Source: Planctomycetota bacterium (GTDB lineage: Bacteria > Planctomycetota > PLA2 > JAEUHO01). From it: DNA of 64,000 bases. Positions 27,981 to 37,199 of the stretch are shown here, in pieces. Under the pieces are notes generated by a model. It was not told the DNA's origin. It did not search any database and saw only the letters and a program-made list of their open reading frames with translations. A program made the translations under genes and the position numbers. Each line of letters opens with the position of its first letter. Within the stretch, counting starts at the first letter, position 1. Where the stretch lies: the NCBI GenBank assembly GCA_046350655.1, contig JAXMAB010000005.1, positions 11,696 to 75,695 of the forward strand, read 5' to 3'.

Positions 27981-28300
27981 CGTCGCCGGGCGGCCCGCCG
28001 CCCGCGGGGGAGGCCTCGGCCGCCTCCCCTCCCCTTCACGCCCCTGGCTGCTCCACAGCGTAAGACCACCGTCCGATCCTCTGATCGAAAGCTCGACGGC
28101 GTCCGCCAGGGGCGTACCTCTCCACCGAGCCGCGCGGGTCCCCGCGCGGCTCGGTCCGTTCCGGGGCCGCGCGCCTCCCGACGTCGCGCGGCGTCACGTG
28201 GCCGAGGAGGCGGCCGGGCCCGCGGACAGGCGACCGGCCGGCGGACGCGGGTCGAGTCACGGGACGCAGGACGCCCCGCGGGCCCACGCCGGGGCGGGGG

Positions 28301-28370
28301 CCGCGACGCCGCCGCGTCACGCCGCGTCACGCCGCGTCACGCCGCGTCACGCCACGCCACGCCGCGTTCG
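28301..28370. repeat. Tandem decamer microsatellite (gccgcgtcac)n: 4 perfect copies 28311..28350 flanked by degenerate copies
   Basis: Seen directly; lies in the convergent intergenic region between the lipoprotein gene and the sulfatase-like gene. Confidence 0.85.
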
Positions 28371-28440
28371 TCGCCCCCACCCGCACCGGGCCGGGCCTCG
28401 CGGTCCCGACGTCCGCGGCGACGCCGCGGCACGACCCTGT

Positions 28441-29943
28441 TCAGTGTCCCGAGTCGCTCCCGGCGGTCCAGAGCCGGTAGCGGTCGAGCACGGCTTCGCG
28501 GACGGCGCGCTGCGCCGCGTCGAACGCCGACGAGCGGGTCGCCGCGAGGTCCGCGGGCGCCGTCTCCCCGGGGTCGCGACGTCGGTCGAACCAGGCCTCG
28601 TCGCGCCAGGCGCCCGTGGCGAGGTCGAACGTCGCGGTCCACGCGAGGCCCGCGTCGCGGACGGCCACGCGCCGGAGGTCGGGGGCACCGGGCCCGGCCG
28701 CGGGCGCGGCCACGAGCGACGGAATCGGGTCGCCGCCGCCTTCGCCGCGGACGCGAGGAGCGAGGCTCGAGCCGTCGAGCCCGGCGTCGGCCGGGAGACC
28801 GGCGAGCTCCAGGAGGGTCGGCGCGACGTCCACGAGGCCGCACGTGGCGGGGACGCGGCCCGCGGGCCAGCCCGGCACGCGCACGACGAGGACCACGCGG
28901 ACGAGCTCCGGGGTCAGGTGGCGGCCGTGGTGCAGGGGCCCGTGCTCGCCGAACGCCTCGCCGTGGTCCGAGCAGACGACGACGACGGTCCCCGCCGGGA
29001 GCGCGTCCACCGCCTCGAGCGTGCGGCGGAGCCGCCCGTCCACGAACCGCAGGCTGCGGAGGTACGCCTGCCTGAGCTCGGCGACGAGGGCGGGACCGCC
29101 CGGGGCGTCGCGCCAGGCGCCGTCGAGCCACGCGGCGTACCGACCGAGCAGGGCGTCCGCGCGGGGGGCGCCGATCGCGCGGACGAGCGCGTCGTGGCGG
29201 CAGGGGTCGGCGAGGCGCGCCGCGAGGAAGGCGGCCCCGAGGTCGGCGGGCGCGGGCCCCGCGCCCGGGGCGCCGAGCGCGGTGACGAGGCGCGCGACGT
29301 CGGCGTCGTGCGACGCGTCGCAGCGGCCGCGCGCGGCGGCGCTCTTGTCGCCGTAGGGGTCGTGCGGCGCGTAGGTGTGGAGGAAGAGGAAGAACGGTCG
29401 GTCCTTCGGGCGCGCGCGGTCCCAGCGCTCGACGACGCCGCGCGGATCCTCGGCGTCGAAGTCCTCCGACGCCGTCTCGAACCCGTTCGAGAGCCCGCTC
29501 GCGCGGCTCACCCACCCGCCGCCCGTGACCGCGGCGGTCCACCAACCGGCGCGGGCGAATCGCGCCGCCAGCGTCGGCACGCCGGAGGCGAGCCGCGTCC
29601 CGGGCGCGACCTCGACGAACCCGTGGTTCCACGGGTCGAGGCCCGTGAGCAGCGTCGCGATGGACGGCCCCGTCCACGAGGACGCGGCGAGGGCGTCGTC
29701 GAACCGCGTCGCCTTCCCGGCCCAGGCCTCGAGGCTCGGCAGGCCGGGCGAGCCGGGCGCCGGCGTCACCGCGTCGGCCCGCAGCGTGTCGAGGCAGATC
29801 ACGACGATCCCGGGGATCGGCGCGTGCACGACGACGGGACGGCGCCCGGGCAGGGCGGACGAACGTCCCAGTCCCCACGCCGCGGCGACGAGGAGCGCGA
29901 CGACGAGGAGGAACGCGGCACGGCGCACTCCCCGGGATAGCAA
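28441..29943 (-). CDS. Sulfatase-like hydrolase/transferase (alkaline-phosphatase superfamily), 500 aa, N-terminal TM/signal
   Basis: GIVVICLDTLRAD ... WNHGF ... LFLHTYAPHDPY ... VVVCSDHGEAFGEHG: metal-ligand blocks of the sulfatase/phosphodiesterase fold; no CxPxR. Confidence 0.7.
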   Translation of the reverse strand: MLSRGVRRAAFLLVVALLVAAAWGLGRSSALPGRRPVVVHAPIPGIVVICLDTLRADAVTPAPGSPGLPSLEAWAGKATRFDDALAASSWTGPSIATLLTGLDPWNHGFVEVAPGTRLASGVPTLAARFARAGWWTAAVTGGGWVSRASGLSNGFETASEDFDAEDPRGVVERWDRARPKDRPFFLFLHTYAPHDPYGDKSAAARGRCDASHDADVARLVTALGAPGAGPAPADLGAAFLAARLADPCRHDALVRAIGAPRADALLGRYAAWLDGAWRDAPGGPALVAELRQAYLRSLRFVDGRLRRTLEAVDALPAGTVVVVCSDHGEAFGEHGPLHHGRHLTPELVRVVLVVRVPGWPAGRVPATCGLVDVAPTLLELAGLPADAGLDGSSLAPRVRGEGGGDPIPSLVAAPAAGPGAPDLRRVAVRDAGLAWTATFDLATGAWRDEAWFDRRRDPGETAPADLAATRSSAFDAAQRAVREAVLDRYRLWTAGSDSGH

Positions 29944-30074
29944 TCCCCATGCCCCGCCGAAACAGGTCCCGGGACCATTCTCGACCCGATTTCGGGACCT
30001 TCGCCCGCCCTCGGCTTTACGCGCCTGTCGAAAGTCCTACACCCGGGGCTTCGGGCCCGCCGGACGTCCCTGCC

Positions 30075-31139
30075 TCACTTTGGAGGGGTCGCGGCGGCGG
30101 CCGGCGCCTCGAGGCGCGTCACGTGGAGCGCGCCGTCGCGTCCGACGACGAGGTGCGCGACGGTGGTCGCGCCGGCGCGCAGGCACGTCGGCACGGTGGA
30201 CGTCGCGTCCACGACGACCTCGACCGCGCCGACGTGGGACGCCCCGTCCCAATGGCCGACGACGCAGAGCGGGCGGCCGACCGGCGTCGGCGCGGGCCGG
30301 CCGTCGTCGTCCCGCGCGCCGTCGGCGATCCACCGCGAGAGCCGCGCGATCGTCTCGGCGCACGCGTACGGCGGCCCGTCGGCCGGCATCCGCTCGACGG
30401 CGTCCTCCTTCATCGACGCGACGAGCGCGCTGGCCTCGGGTCGGCCGGGCACGACGGACACGCACGTGCCCCCCTCGATCGTCGCGGCGTACGTGTCGTA
30501 CCGGAGGCCGCCCGGCGCGCAGGACGCCTCGCCCTCGTGGCACCGCACGCACTGCGCGGCGAGGATCGGCGCCACGTCGCGCCAGCGCAGCGGCGCGCCG
30601 TCGGCGACGGGCGGCGGCGTGCCCGCCCCGCTCGGAGTCGGCGGTGCGCCCGCGTCCGCGGCGCCCGGCGTCGGCGTCGCCGCCGGCGGCGCCGACGCGG
30701 CCGCGACCGGCTCCGTCCCGCGGGCCGCCGCGACGGCCGGCCCCTCCGCGCCCGCCTCGATCCAGCGCTCGATCGTCCGGAGGTCGGCCTCCGGGAGCGG
30801 CTGGCCGTCCGTCGGCATCGCGGGCTTCGCGCGCCCGCGGATGCGCGCGGTCAGGGAGCCCTTCTCCGGGTGTCCGGCGACGAGCACCCCGCGCCCCGCG
30901 ACGCCGCGACGGAGCGCGGGCCACGTGTCGAGCGCGAGCCCGCCGAGCGCGCGCCCCGCGCGATGGCACTTGACGCACGCCCGCTCGAAGACGACGCGGA
31001 CGTCCGCCCACGTCGGCGGGGCGGCGTCGTCGGTGGCGTCCGCCGGGCGGCCCGCGGCGAGGGCGAGGAGGACGACGGACGGCAACACGGCGACGGACCA
31101 CCACGCGCGGACGCGGTGCGACGGAGAGGGCGCGGACAT
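30075..31139 (-). CDS. Secreted dihaem c-type cytochrome-like protein (PSCyt-like), 354 aa, two CxxCH motifs separated by a Pro/Ala-rich linker
   Basis: Signal peptide; WADVRVVFERACVKCHRAG and WRDVAPILAAQCVRCHEG (both CxxCH in the same W..V...C context as planctomycete-type cytochrome c domains). Confidence 0.7.
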   Translation of the reverse strand: MSAPSPSHRVRAWWSVAVLPSVVLLALAAGRPADATDDAAPPTWADVRVVFERACVKCHRAGRALGGLALDTWPALRRGVAGRGVLVAGHPEKGSLTARIRGRAKPAMPTDGQPLPEADLRTIERWIEAGAEGPAVAAARGTEPVAAASAPPAATPTPGAADAGAPPTPSGAGTPPPVADGAPLRWRDVAPILAAQCVRCHEGEASCAPGGLRYDTYAATIEGGTCVSVVPGRPEASALVASMKEDAVERMPADGPPYACAETIARLSRWIADGARDDDGRPAPTPVGRPLCVVGHWDGASHVGAVEVVVDATSTVPTCLRAGATTVAHLVVGRDGALHVTRLEAPAAAATPPK

Positions 31140-31310
31140 GGACGCTCCGGGACACCGCCGGCGCGCGACCCGCGAGGACCGCGCGCCCCCGGGACGTGGA
31201 GAGGCACCTCCTCGCGTTCCAGGTACGTCGCCTCCCGCGACCGTCCGCGGCGCGGCGCCCGTGGAATGCGCTCAAGTCCGAGCCGCGGACGGCCGCCCCC
31301 CGCCGCCGCG

Positions 31311-34300
31311 TCAACGCGCGGCGGGCGGGTCGGACGGCGGCGGGCCGCCCGCGGCCGGTCCCGGCGCCGCGTCCGCCCGAGCGCCGTGCGCCACGCGCGC
31401 GACCTCCTCGAGGTCGAGCTCGGCGATCGCCCTCGCGGCCTCGCGTTCGTGGGCGCCCGAGCTGACGAAGCGCGACGTGAGGGCGTCGAAGAGGCTGTAG
31501 AGGGCGGGGACGACGAACAGCGTGAGCAGCGTCGAGACCATCACGCCGCCGACGACGGCGACCGCCATGGGCTGCCGGACCTCGCCGCCCGGCCCCTGGG
31601 CGAGGGCCGCGGGCAGCGCGCCCGCGAGCGTCGCCACCGTCGTCATCAGGATCGGGCGCAGGCGCGTCGGGCAGGCCTCGACGAGCGCGGCGGACGCGTC
31701 GAGGCCCGTCAGGCGGCGCTGGTTCGTGAAGTCCACGAGCAGGATCGAGTTCTTCTTCACGATGCCCATCAGCAGCACGAGGCCGATGAACGAGTAGAGG
31801 TTGAGCGAGAGCCCGGTCCACGCGAGCGCCGCCAGCGCCCCGGTCAGGCTGAACGGGAGCGCGATCAGCACCGTGATCGGGTGCACGAACGAGTTGAACT
31901 GGCTCGCGAGGATCATGTACGCGACGACGAGCCCGAGGAGCAGCGCGAAGTTGAGCTCGGCGAACGACTCCTTGAGCGCCGCCGACTGGCCGGAGAGCGC
32001 GGTCGTGTACCCGGGCGGCAGGAGCTCCTGCGCGATCCGCCGGGCCTCCTCGACCGCCGTCGCCTGCGACGCGCCCGTGGCGACGTTCGCGTTGATCGTG
32101 ATGGCCCGCTCCCGGCCGCGGCGCGTGATCGCGAAGAGCGACTCGGTCGTCCGGACGTCGACGAGCGACGACAACGGCACGAGCGTGCCGTCGGCCGCGC
32201 GGACGCGCAGGAGGGCGAGGTCGCGCTCCCGCGTGCGCTGGTCCGAGAGCAGGCGGACGCGGATGTCGTACCGCCGGCCGCCGTCCTCGCGGGTGCCCGC
32301 GCGGACGCCGCCGACGAGCACGTTGACGGCCTGCGCGATGTCCTCGACGCTGACGCCGGCGTGCGCGGCGCGCGCGCGGTCCGGCACGATCTGCGTCTCG
32401 GGCATGCCGGCGCGGTAGTCGGAGTCGACGTCGGCGAAGAGGCGCTCGTCGGCCCGCATGCGCTCCATCACCTGCTGCGCGGCCGTCGCGAGCGTCCCCC
32501 AGTCGCGCCCGCGGATCGCGAGCTCGACCGGGAACCCGCGGCGGGCCGTGAACCCCTGCTGCGAGAGGTCCTGGAAGGCCGCGCGCCGCGCGGCGCCCTT
32601 CGACAGGAGCGGGCGCACCTCGTTGACGAACTCCTGCGACGAAAGGCGCCGCTGGTCGCGCGGGACGAGCTTGACGTTCAGGTTGCCGACGTTCACGAGG
32701 CCCAGGGAGAGGCCGCCGCCGATCGACATGAACACGTTCTCGACCTCGGGGCGCGCGAGGAGCACGTCCTCGCAGGCCCGCATCTCGGCGTCCGTGAGGT
32801 CGATCGACGCGCTGGCCGGGGTCTGCACGCGCACCTGCACGCGCGAGAGGTCCTGCGACGGCGTCAGCTCGCGGCGGAGCGTGCCGAGGAAGTGGAACGA
32901 CCCCGCGAACACCGCGACGCCGAGGAGCACGATCGGCACGCGCCAGCGGAGCACCGTCGGCAGCGCGCGCCGGTAGGCCGCCGCCATCCCGTCGAACGCC
33001 GCCTCGACGGCGCGCCCGAGGCGCGTCGTCCGCCGGCCCACCGCCAGGAACTGCGAGCACCGCGACGGCGTCAGCGTCAACGCCTCGAGCAGCGAGAGCA
33101 TGACCGCGACGGAGATCGTGACGCCGAACTGGAAGAAGAAGCGGCCCACGATGCCGCGCATGAACGCGACGGGCAGGAAGATCGCGACGATGGCCGCCGA
33201 CGCGGCGAGCGCCGCGAACGAGATCTCGCGCGCGCCCGCGACCGCCGCCCGGACGCGGCCCTCGCCGTGCTCGGCCCGCCGGAAGATGTTCTCGAGCACC
33301 ATGATGGCGTCGTCCACGACGATGCCGACGGCGAGCGAGAGGCCGAGCAGCGTGAACGTGTTCAGCGTGAAGCCCAGGAAGTGCATCACGGCGAACGTCC
33401 CGACGATCGAGGTCGGGATCGACAGCAGCACGTTGATCGTCGAGGAGATGGAGCCCAGGAACAGCCAGCAGACGAGCGCCGTCAGCAGGACCGCCAGGAT
33501 CAGCGTCAGCTCGATCTCGTGGATCGACTCCTCGACCGGCGTCGTCGAGTCGAACACGATCGCGACGTCCACGCCCTCGGGGAGCGTCGGCCTGAGCTCC
33601 TTCAGGCGCTCCTGCACGCCGTGGGCGATCGCGACGGCGTTGGCCCCGCGCTGCTTGCGCACCCCGAGGCCCTGCGCGGGCTGCCCGTTGTTCCGCGCGA
33701 TCACGCGCCGGTCCTCGAGCCCGTCCTCGACGGTGGCGACGTCCGCGAGCGTCGTGACGGTCCCCTCGCGCTCCGCGACCACGAGCGCGCGGAACTCGTC
33801 GACGCCGTGCGCCTCGCCGCGCAGGCGGACGTTGAGCTCGCGGTCGCGGCCCTCGAAGCGGCCGGCGGGCAGCTCGACGTGCTGCCGCTCGAGCGCGCGG
33901 ACGACGTCCGCGGCCGTGACGTTGCGCGCGTCCATGCGGACGGCGTCGAGCCACACGCGCAGGCTCCGCTCGCGGTAGCCGCCGAGGAGGATCTCGCCGA
34001 CGCCGGGCACCGTCTGGAGCCGCTCCCTCACCCGCCGCGCGAGCTCCGCCAGCTCCTGCGGCGGCCGCAGCCCGGTCACCGCGGCCCAGAGGATCGGCTG
34101 GTCCTCGGGGTTGCTCTTCGTGATCACCGGCGGGTCGAGGGCCCGGGGCAGGCGGCGCTGGGCCTGCGCCACGCGCGTCTGCGTCTCCTGCAGCGCCGCG
34201 TCGATGTCGCGGCCGACCTCGAACTCGAGCGTGACGGTCGCGCGCCCCTGCTGGCTCGAGGACGAGATGTCCACGATGCCCTCGACGCTCATGCACGCGT

Positions 34301-34505
34301 CCTCGACCAGCTCGACGACGTCGGTCTCCATCGTCTCGGGCGACGCGCCCTCGAGGGTCAACGAGACCGTGACCTGCGGGAAGTCGACGTCGGGCATCTG
34401 GCTGACGCCCAGCTCCCGGAAGCCGAGGGCCCCGAACACGATCAGGCCCGCCATCAGCATCCACGCGAAGACGGGCTTGCGGACCGCGGCGTCGGACAGC
34501 CTCAT
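31311..34505 (-). CDS. RND-family efflux permease (AcrB/CzcA-like, HAE-type), 1064 aa
   Basis: MRLSDAAVRKPVFAWMLMAGLIVFG start; 12-TM two-repeat architecture; conserved AVGIVVDDAIMVLENIFR motif; the rest of ORF 31311..38192 is junk. Confidence 0.9.
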   Translation of the reverse strand: MRLSDAAVRKPVFAWMLMAGLIVFGALGFRELGVSQMPDVDFPQVTVSLTLEGASPETMETDVVELVEDACMSVEGIVDISSSSQQGRATVTLEFEVGRDIDAALQETQTRVAQAQRRLPRALDPPVITKSNPEDQPILWAAVTGLRPPQELAELARRVRERLQTVPGVGEILLGGYRERSLRVWLDAVRMDARNVTAADVVRALERQHVELPAGRFEGRDRELNVRLRGEAHGVDEFRALVVAEREGTVTTLADVATVEDGLEDRRVIARNNGQPAQGLGVRKQRGANAVAIAHGVQERLKELRPTLPEGVDVAIVFDSTTPVEESIHEIELTLILAVLLTALVCWLFLGSISSTINVLLSIPTSIVGTFAVMHFLGFTLNTFTLLGLSLAVGIVVDDAIMVLENIFRRAEHGEGRVRAAVAGAREISFAALAASAAIVAIFLPVAFMRGIVGRFFFQFGVTISVAVMLSLLEALTLTPSRCSQFLAVGRRTTRLGRAVEAAFDGMAAAYRRALPTVLRWRVPIVLLGVAVFAGSFHFLGTLRRELTPSQDLSRVQVRVQTPASASIDLTDAEMRACEDVLLARPEVENVFMSIGGGLSLGLVNVGNLNVKLVPRDQRRLSSQEFVNEVRPLLSKGAARRAAFQDLSQQGFTARRGFPVELAIRGRDWGTLATAAQQVMERMRADERLFADVDSDYRAGMPETQIVPDRARAAHAGVSVEDIAQAVNVLVGGVRAGTREDGGRRYDIRVRLLSDQRTRERDLALLRVRAADGTLVPLSSLVDVRTTESLFAITRRGRERAITINANVATGASQATAVEEARRIAQELLPPGYTTALSGQSAALKESFAELNFALLLGLVVAYMILASQFNSFVHPITVLIALPFSLTGALAALAWTGLSLNLYSFIGLVLLMGIVKKNSILLVDFTNQRRLTGLDASAALVEACPTRLRPILMTTVATLAGALPAALAQGPGGEVRQPMAVAVVGGVMVSTLLTLFVVPALYSLFDALTSRFVSSGAHEREAARAIAELDLEEVARVAHGARADAAPGPAAGGPPPSDPPAAR

Positions 34506-35944
34506 TTGCCGCCCATCGCCGCATCCATCGCCGCGTCCGGCGGGCCGTTCGCGGGCCCCGCCGCCGCCCCCGCCGCCTTGCCGGCCGTCGGGTCGACCAC
34601 CGCCACCGCGGTCCCGTCCGCGAGGACGTTGCCCCCGCGCACGACGATCGCGTCGCCCTCCTTCAGGCCCGCCACGACCTCGACGAGCCCGTCGCGCGTG
34701 CGCAGGCCGAGCGTGAGGACGCGCGCCTTCGCCTTGCCGTCGTCGACGACGAACGCGAGCCAGCCCTTCTCGCCGGGCTGCAGGGCCGCCTCCGGCACCG
34801 CGATGGCCCGCGCCCGCTTCGTCTCGACCGACACCGTCGCGTAGTAGCCCGGCCGGAGCGTCGGGTCGGGCGACGGCAGCTCCGCCAGGCACTCGACCAT
34901 CCGCGTGACCGCGCTCGCCGTCTCGTCGACGTGCACGAGCGTCGCGGGGTGGACGCGGTCGCCGAGCGACGGCACCACGACGCCCGCGGGCATCCCCGCC
35001 GCCACGCGCGCCGACTCGGGCTCCGTGACGCGGAACCGCACCCGCAGGCGCGTGCGGTCCACGATCTCCGCGATCGCGTCGCCCGCGCGCAGGTACTGGC
35101 CCACGTTGGCGTGCCGGCGGCGCACGACCCCGCGCAGCGGCGAGCGGACCACGGTGTCCTCGGCGGTGCGCACCGCGATCGCGAGCCGCGACTCGGCCTG
35201 CGCGACCTCGGCCTCCGCCTCGACGACGGCCGCCTTCGCGACCCCGAGCGCGCCCTCGGCCTCCTGCTTCGCGCCCTCGGCCTCGCGGTGCGCCGCCTGC
35301 GCGACGCCGACCGCGTCGCGCCGCCGGTCCACCTGCGCGCGCATCTGCGCGACCTCCTCCACCGACACGGCCCCGGGCGACGACTTCCGCAGGTCCTCGC
35401 GCCGCGCGAGCATCTCCTGGCCCTCGCGCAGGTCGGTGCTCGCCGCGCTCGTGAGCGCCGACGCGCGCTCGACGCCCGCCGCCGCGCGCGTGACCGCCGC
35501 CTCCGCCCGCGGGACCGCGGCCGCGGCCGTCGCCACGGCGGCCCGCGCCTGCGCCACCGACTTCTCGGCCTCCGCCTGGGCGAGCAGCCGGCGCGAGCGG
35601 TCGACGACGGCGAGCTCGGTCGTCGTCTCGACCAGCGAGCCCTCGTCGAAGCCGAGCGACTCGACGACGCCGTCCACCCGCGCGGGGACCGTCACCACCT
35701 GGTACGCCTCGAGCGAGCCCGTCCCCTCGACGACGTACACGAGGTCGCGCGGGGCGACCGTCGCGACGACCACCGGCGCGGTGCGCGTGGGCCGGGGCTT
35801 CGCCTTGGCCTCCTCGCCGCCGCCGCAGGCCGCGAGCGCCGCCGCGAGCACGAGCGCGGCCGCGCCGCGCACGCCGCGGAGCCGCGCGACCGCCTGCGGC
35901 GACCCGGGACGGACCCTCCCTGCGGCGATCGTGAGCGTGCCCAT
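34502..35944 (-). CDS. RND efflux membrane-fusion (periplasmic adaptor) lipoprotein, 480 aa; stop overlaps the RND start
   Basis: Lipobox LAAC|GGG; long coiled-coil (AEAEKSVAQARAAVATAAAAV...) flanked by beta-barrel/lipoyl-like segments; ATGA coupling with the RND gene. Confidence 0.85.
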   Translation of the reverse strand: MGTLTIAAGRVRPGSPQAVARLRGVRGAAALVLAAALAACGGGEEAKAKPRPTRTAPVVVATVAPRDLVYVVEGTGSLEAYQVVTVPARVDGVVESLGFDEGSLVETTTELAVVDRSRRLLAQAEAEKSVAQARAAVATAAAAVPRAEAAVTRAAAGVERASALTSAASTDLREGQEMLARREDLRKSSPGAVSVEEVAQMRAQVDRRRDAVGVAQAAHREAEGAKQEAEGALGVAKAAVVEAEAEVAQAESRLAIAVRTAEDTVVRSPLRGVVRRRHANVGQYLRAGDAIAEIVDRTRLRVRFRVTEPESARVAAGMPAGVVVPSLGDRVHPATLVHVDETASAVTRMVECLAELPSPDPTLRPGYYATVSVETKRARAIAVPEAALQPGEKGWLAFVVDDGKAKARVLTLGLRTRDGLVEVVAGLKEGDAIVVRGGNVLADGTAVAVVDPTAGKAAGAAAGPANGPPDAAMDAAMGGK

Positions 35945-36206
35945 GGGAGGACGTTGTCCTCCCCGGCAGGGTTCGTCCAGCGTCTTCCCCGGCGCGCGGC
36001 CGGGCACGCGCGCCATCGCGGGACCACCGCCCCGCCGTGCCCGCGGTCGGACCGCGGGGCCCGCGAGGCCCGCCCGCCGTCGTCGGCGGCACGCGGGCCT
36101 CGCGGTCCCTCGCCCCGGGACGCGTCCGGACGGGCGGTGCCGCGGCACGCGACGGCTCGGGCGCGGCGAGCGCGGCCCGCCGCCCGGCCACCGCTATGAT
36201 CGCGCC

Positions 36207-37145
36207 GTGCCGACGCTGCGCTCCCTCTCCGACGGTCTCGCCACCGAGGTCCTCGACGGCGAGACGCTGCTCGCGGCGCTCGTCCGCGCCCGCGTGCCCG
36301 TGGCCCACGCGTGCGGCGGGCTCGCGAGGTGCTCGACCTGCCGCGTGCGGGTCGTGGGCGGCCTCGACGCCTGCACCCCCCGCACCGACGACGAGCGGGC
36401 CATCGCCACGCGGCTGGGCCTCGAGGACGCCGTGCGGCTCGCCTGCCAGACGCGGGCGACCGGCGACGTCGAGGTGCGGCGGCTGGTCCTCGACCCCGAG
36501 GACTACGAGCTGACGAAGCAGTTCACCGCGCGGCCCGCGGGCGACGGCCCGCCGCGCGCGTCCATGGGCCGCGAGGCGCCCGTCGCGGTGCTGTTCGCCG
36601 ACGTGGCGGGGTTCACGGGCCTGTCGGAGCGGCTGCCCGCGTACGACGTCGTCCACGTGCTGCACCGGTGGTTCCACCTCGCGACGACCGTCGTGGACGG
36701 GCTCGGCGGGCGCGTCGACAACTACATGGGCGACGGCCTGCTGGCGGTCTTCGCGGGCGAGGGGCCCGCGCCGGCGCGCGCCGCGGTGCGCGCGGCGCTC
36801 GGGCTCCTCGAGGCGTCGGACCGGATGGCGGCGTACCTCGCGACCGCCTACGGGCAGCCGTTCGCCGTGCGCATCGGGGTCCACGCGGGCGTCGTCGTGG
36901 TGGGCTCGCCGACGCCGTGGCACCGCGAGCGCGACACCGTGATCGGCGACGTCGTCAACTTCGCCAGCCGCATCGAGGCGGCGAACAAGGAGCTCGGGAG
37001 CCGGCTGCTCGTGTCGGACGTCGTCTGGGCCGACGTCGCCGACGAGGCCGTGGCGGGCCGTCGCGTGGAGGTCGAGATCCGCGGCAAGCAGGGCGTCCAC
37101 GCGCTCGTAGAGGTCCTTTCCCTCACCGCTCCGCCGCCGGCGTGA
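36207..37145 (+). CDS. Fusion of a plant-type [2Fe-2S] ferredoxin domain and a class III adenylate/guanylate cyclase domain (312 aa), GTG start
   Basis: CGGLARCSTC ... LACQT (C-x5-C-x2-C...C) then cyclase motifs VLFADVAGFT, YMGDGLLAVF, RIGVHAGVVVVG, GDVVNFASRIE; the start codon is uncertain. Confidence 0.8.
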   Translation: MPTLRSLSDGLATEVLDGETLLAALVRARVPVAHACGGLARCSTCRVRVVGGLDACTPRTDDERAIATRLGLEDAVRLACQTRATGDVEVRRLVLDPEDYELTKQFTARPAGDGPPRASMGREAPVAVLFADVAGFTGLSERLPAYDVVHVLHRWFHLATTVVDGLGGRVDNYMGDGLLAVFAGEGPAPARAAVRAALGLLEASDRMAAYLATAYGQPFAVRIGVHAGVVVVGSPTPWHRERDTVIGDVVNFASRIEAANKELGSRLLVSDVVWADVADEAVAGRRVEVEIRGKQGVHALVEVLSLTAPPPA

Positions 37146-37199
37146 CGCGCGAGTTCGACCGCACGCCGCGGGACGCGGGGCCCGCGCGCCCCGCGTAGG

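Noticed and set aside
28301-28370. Tandem decamer considered as a CRISPR array
   Set aside because: Repeats are contiguous with no spacers, only 10 bp long, and there are no cas genes in the window.
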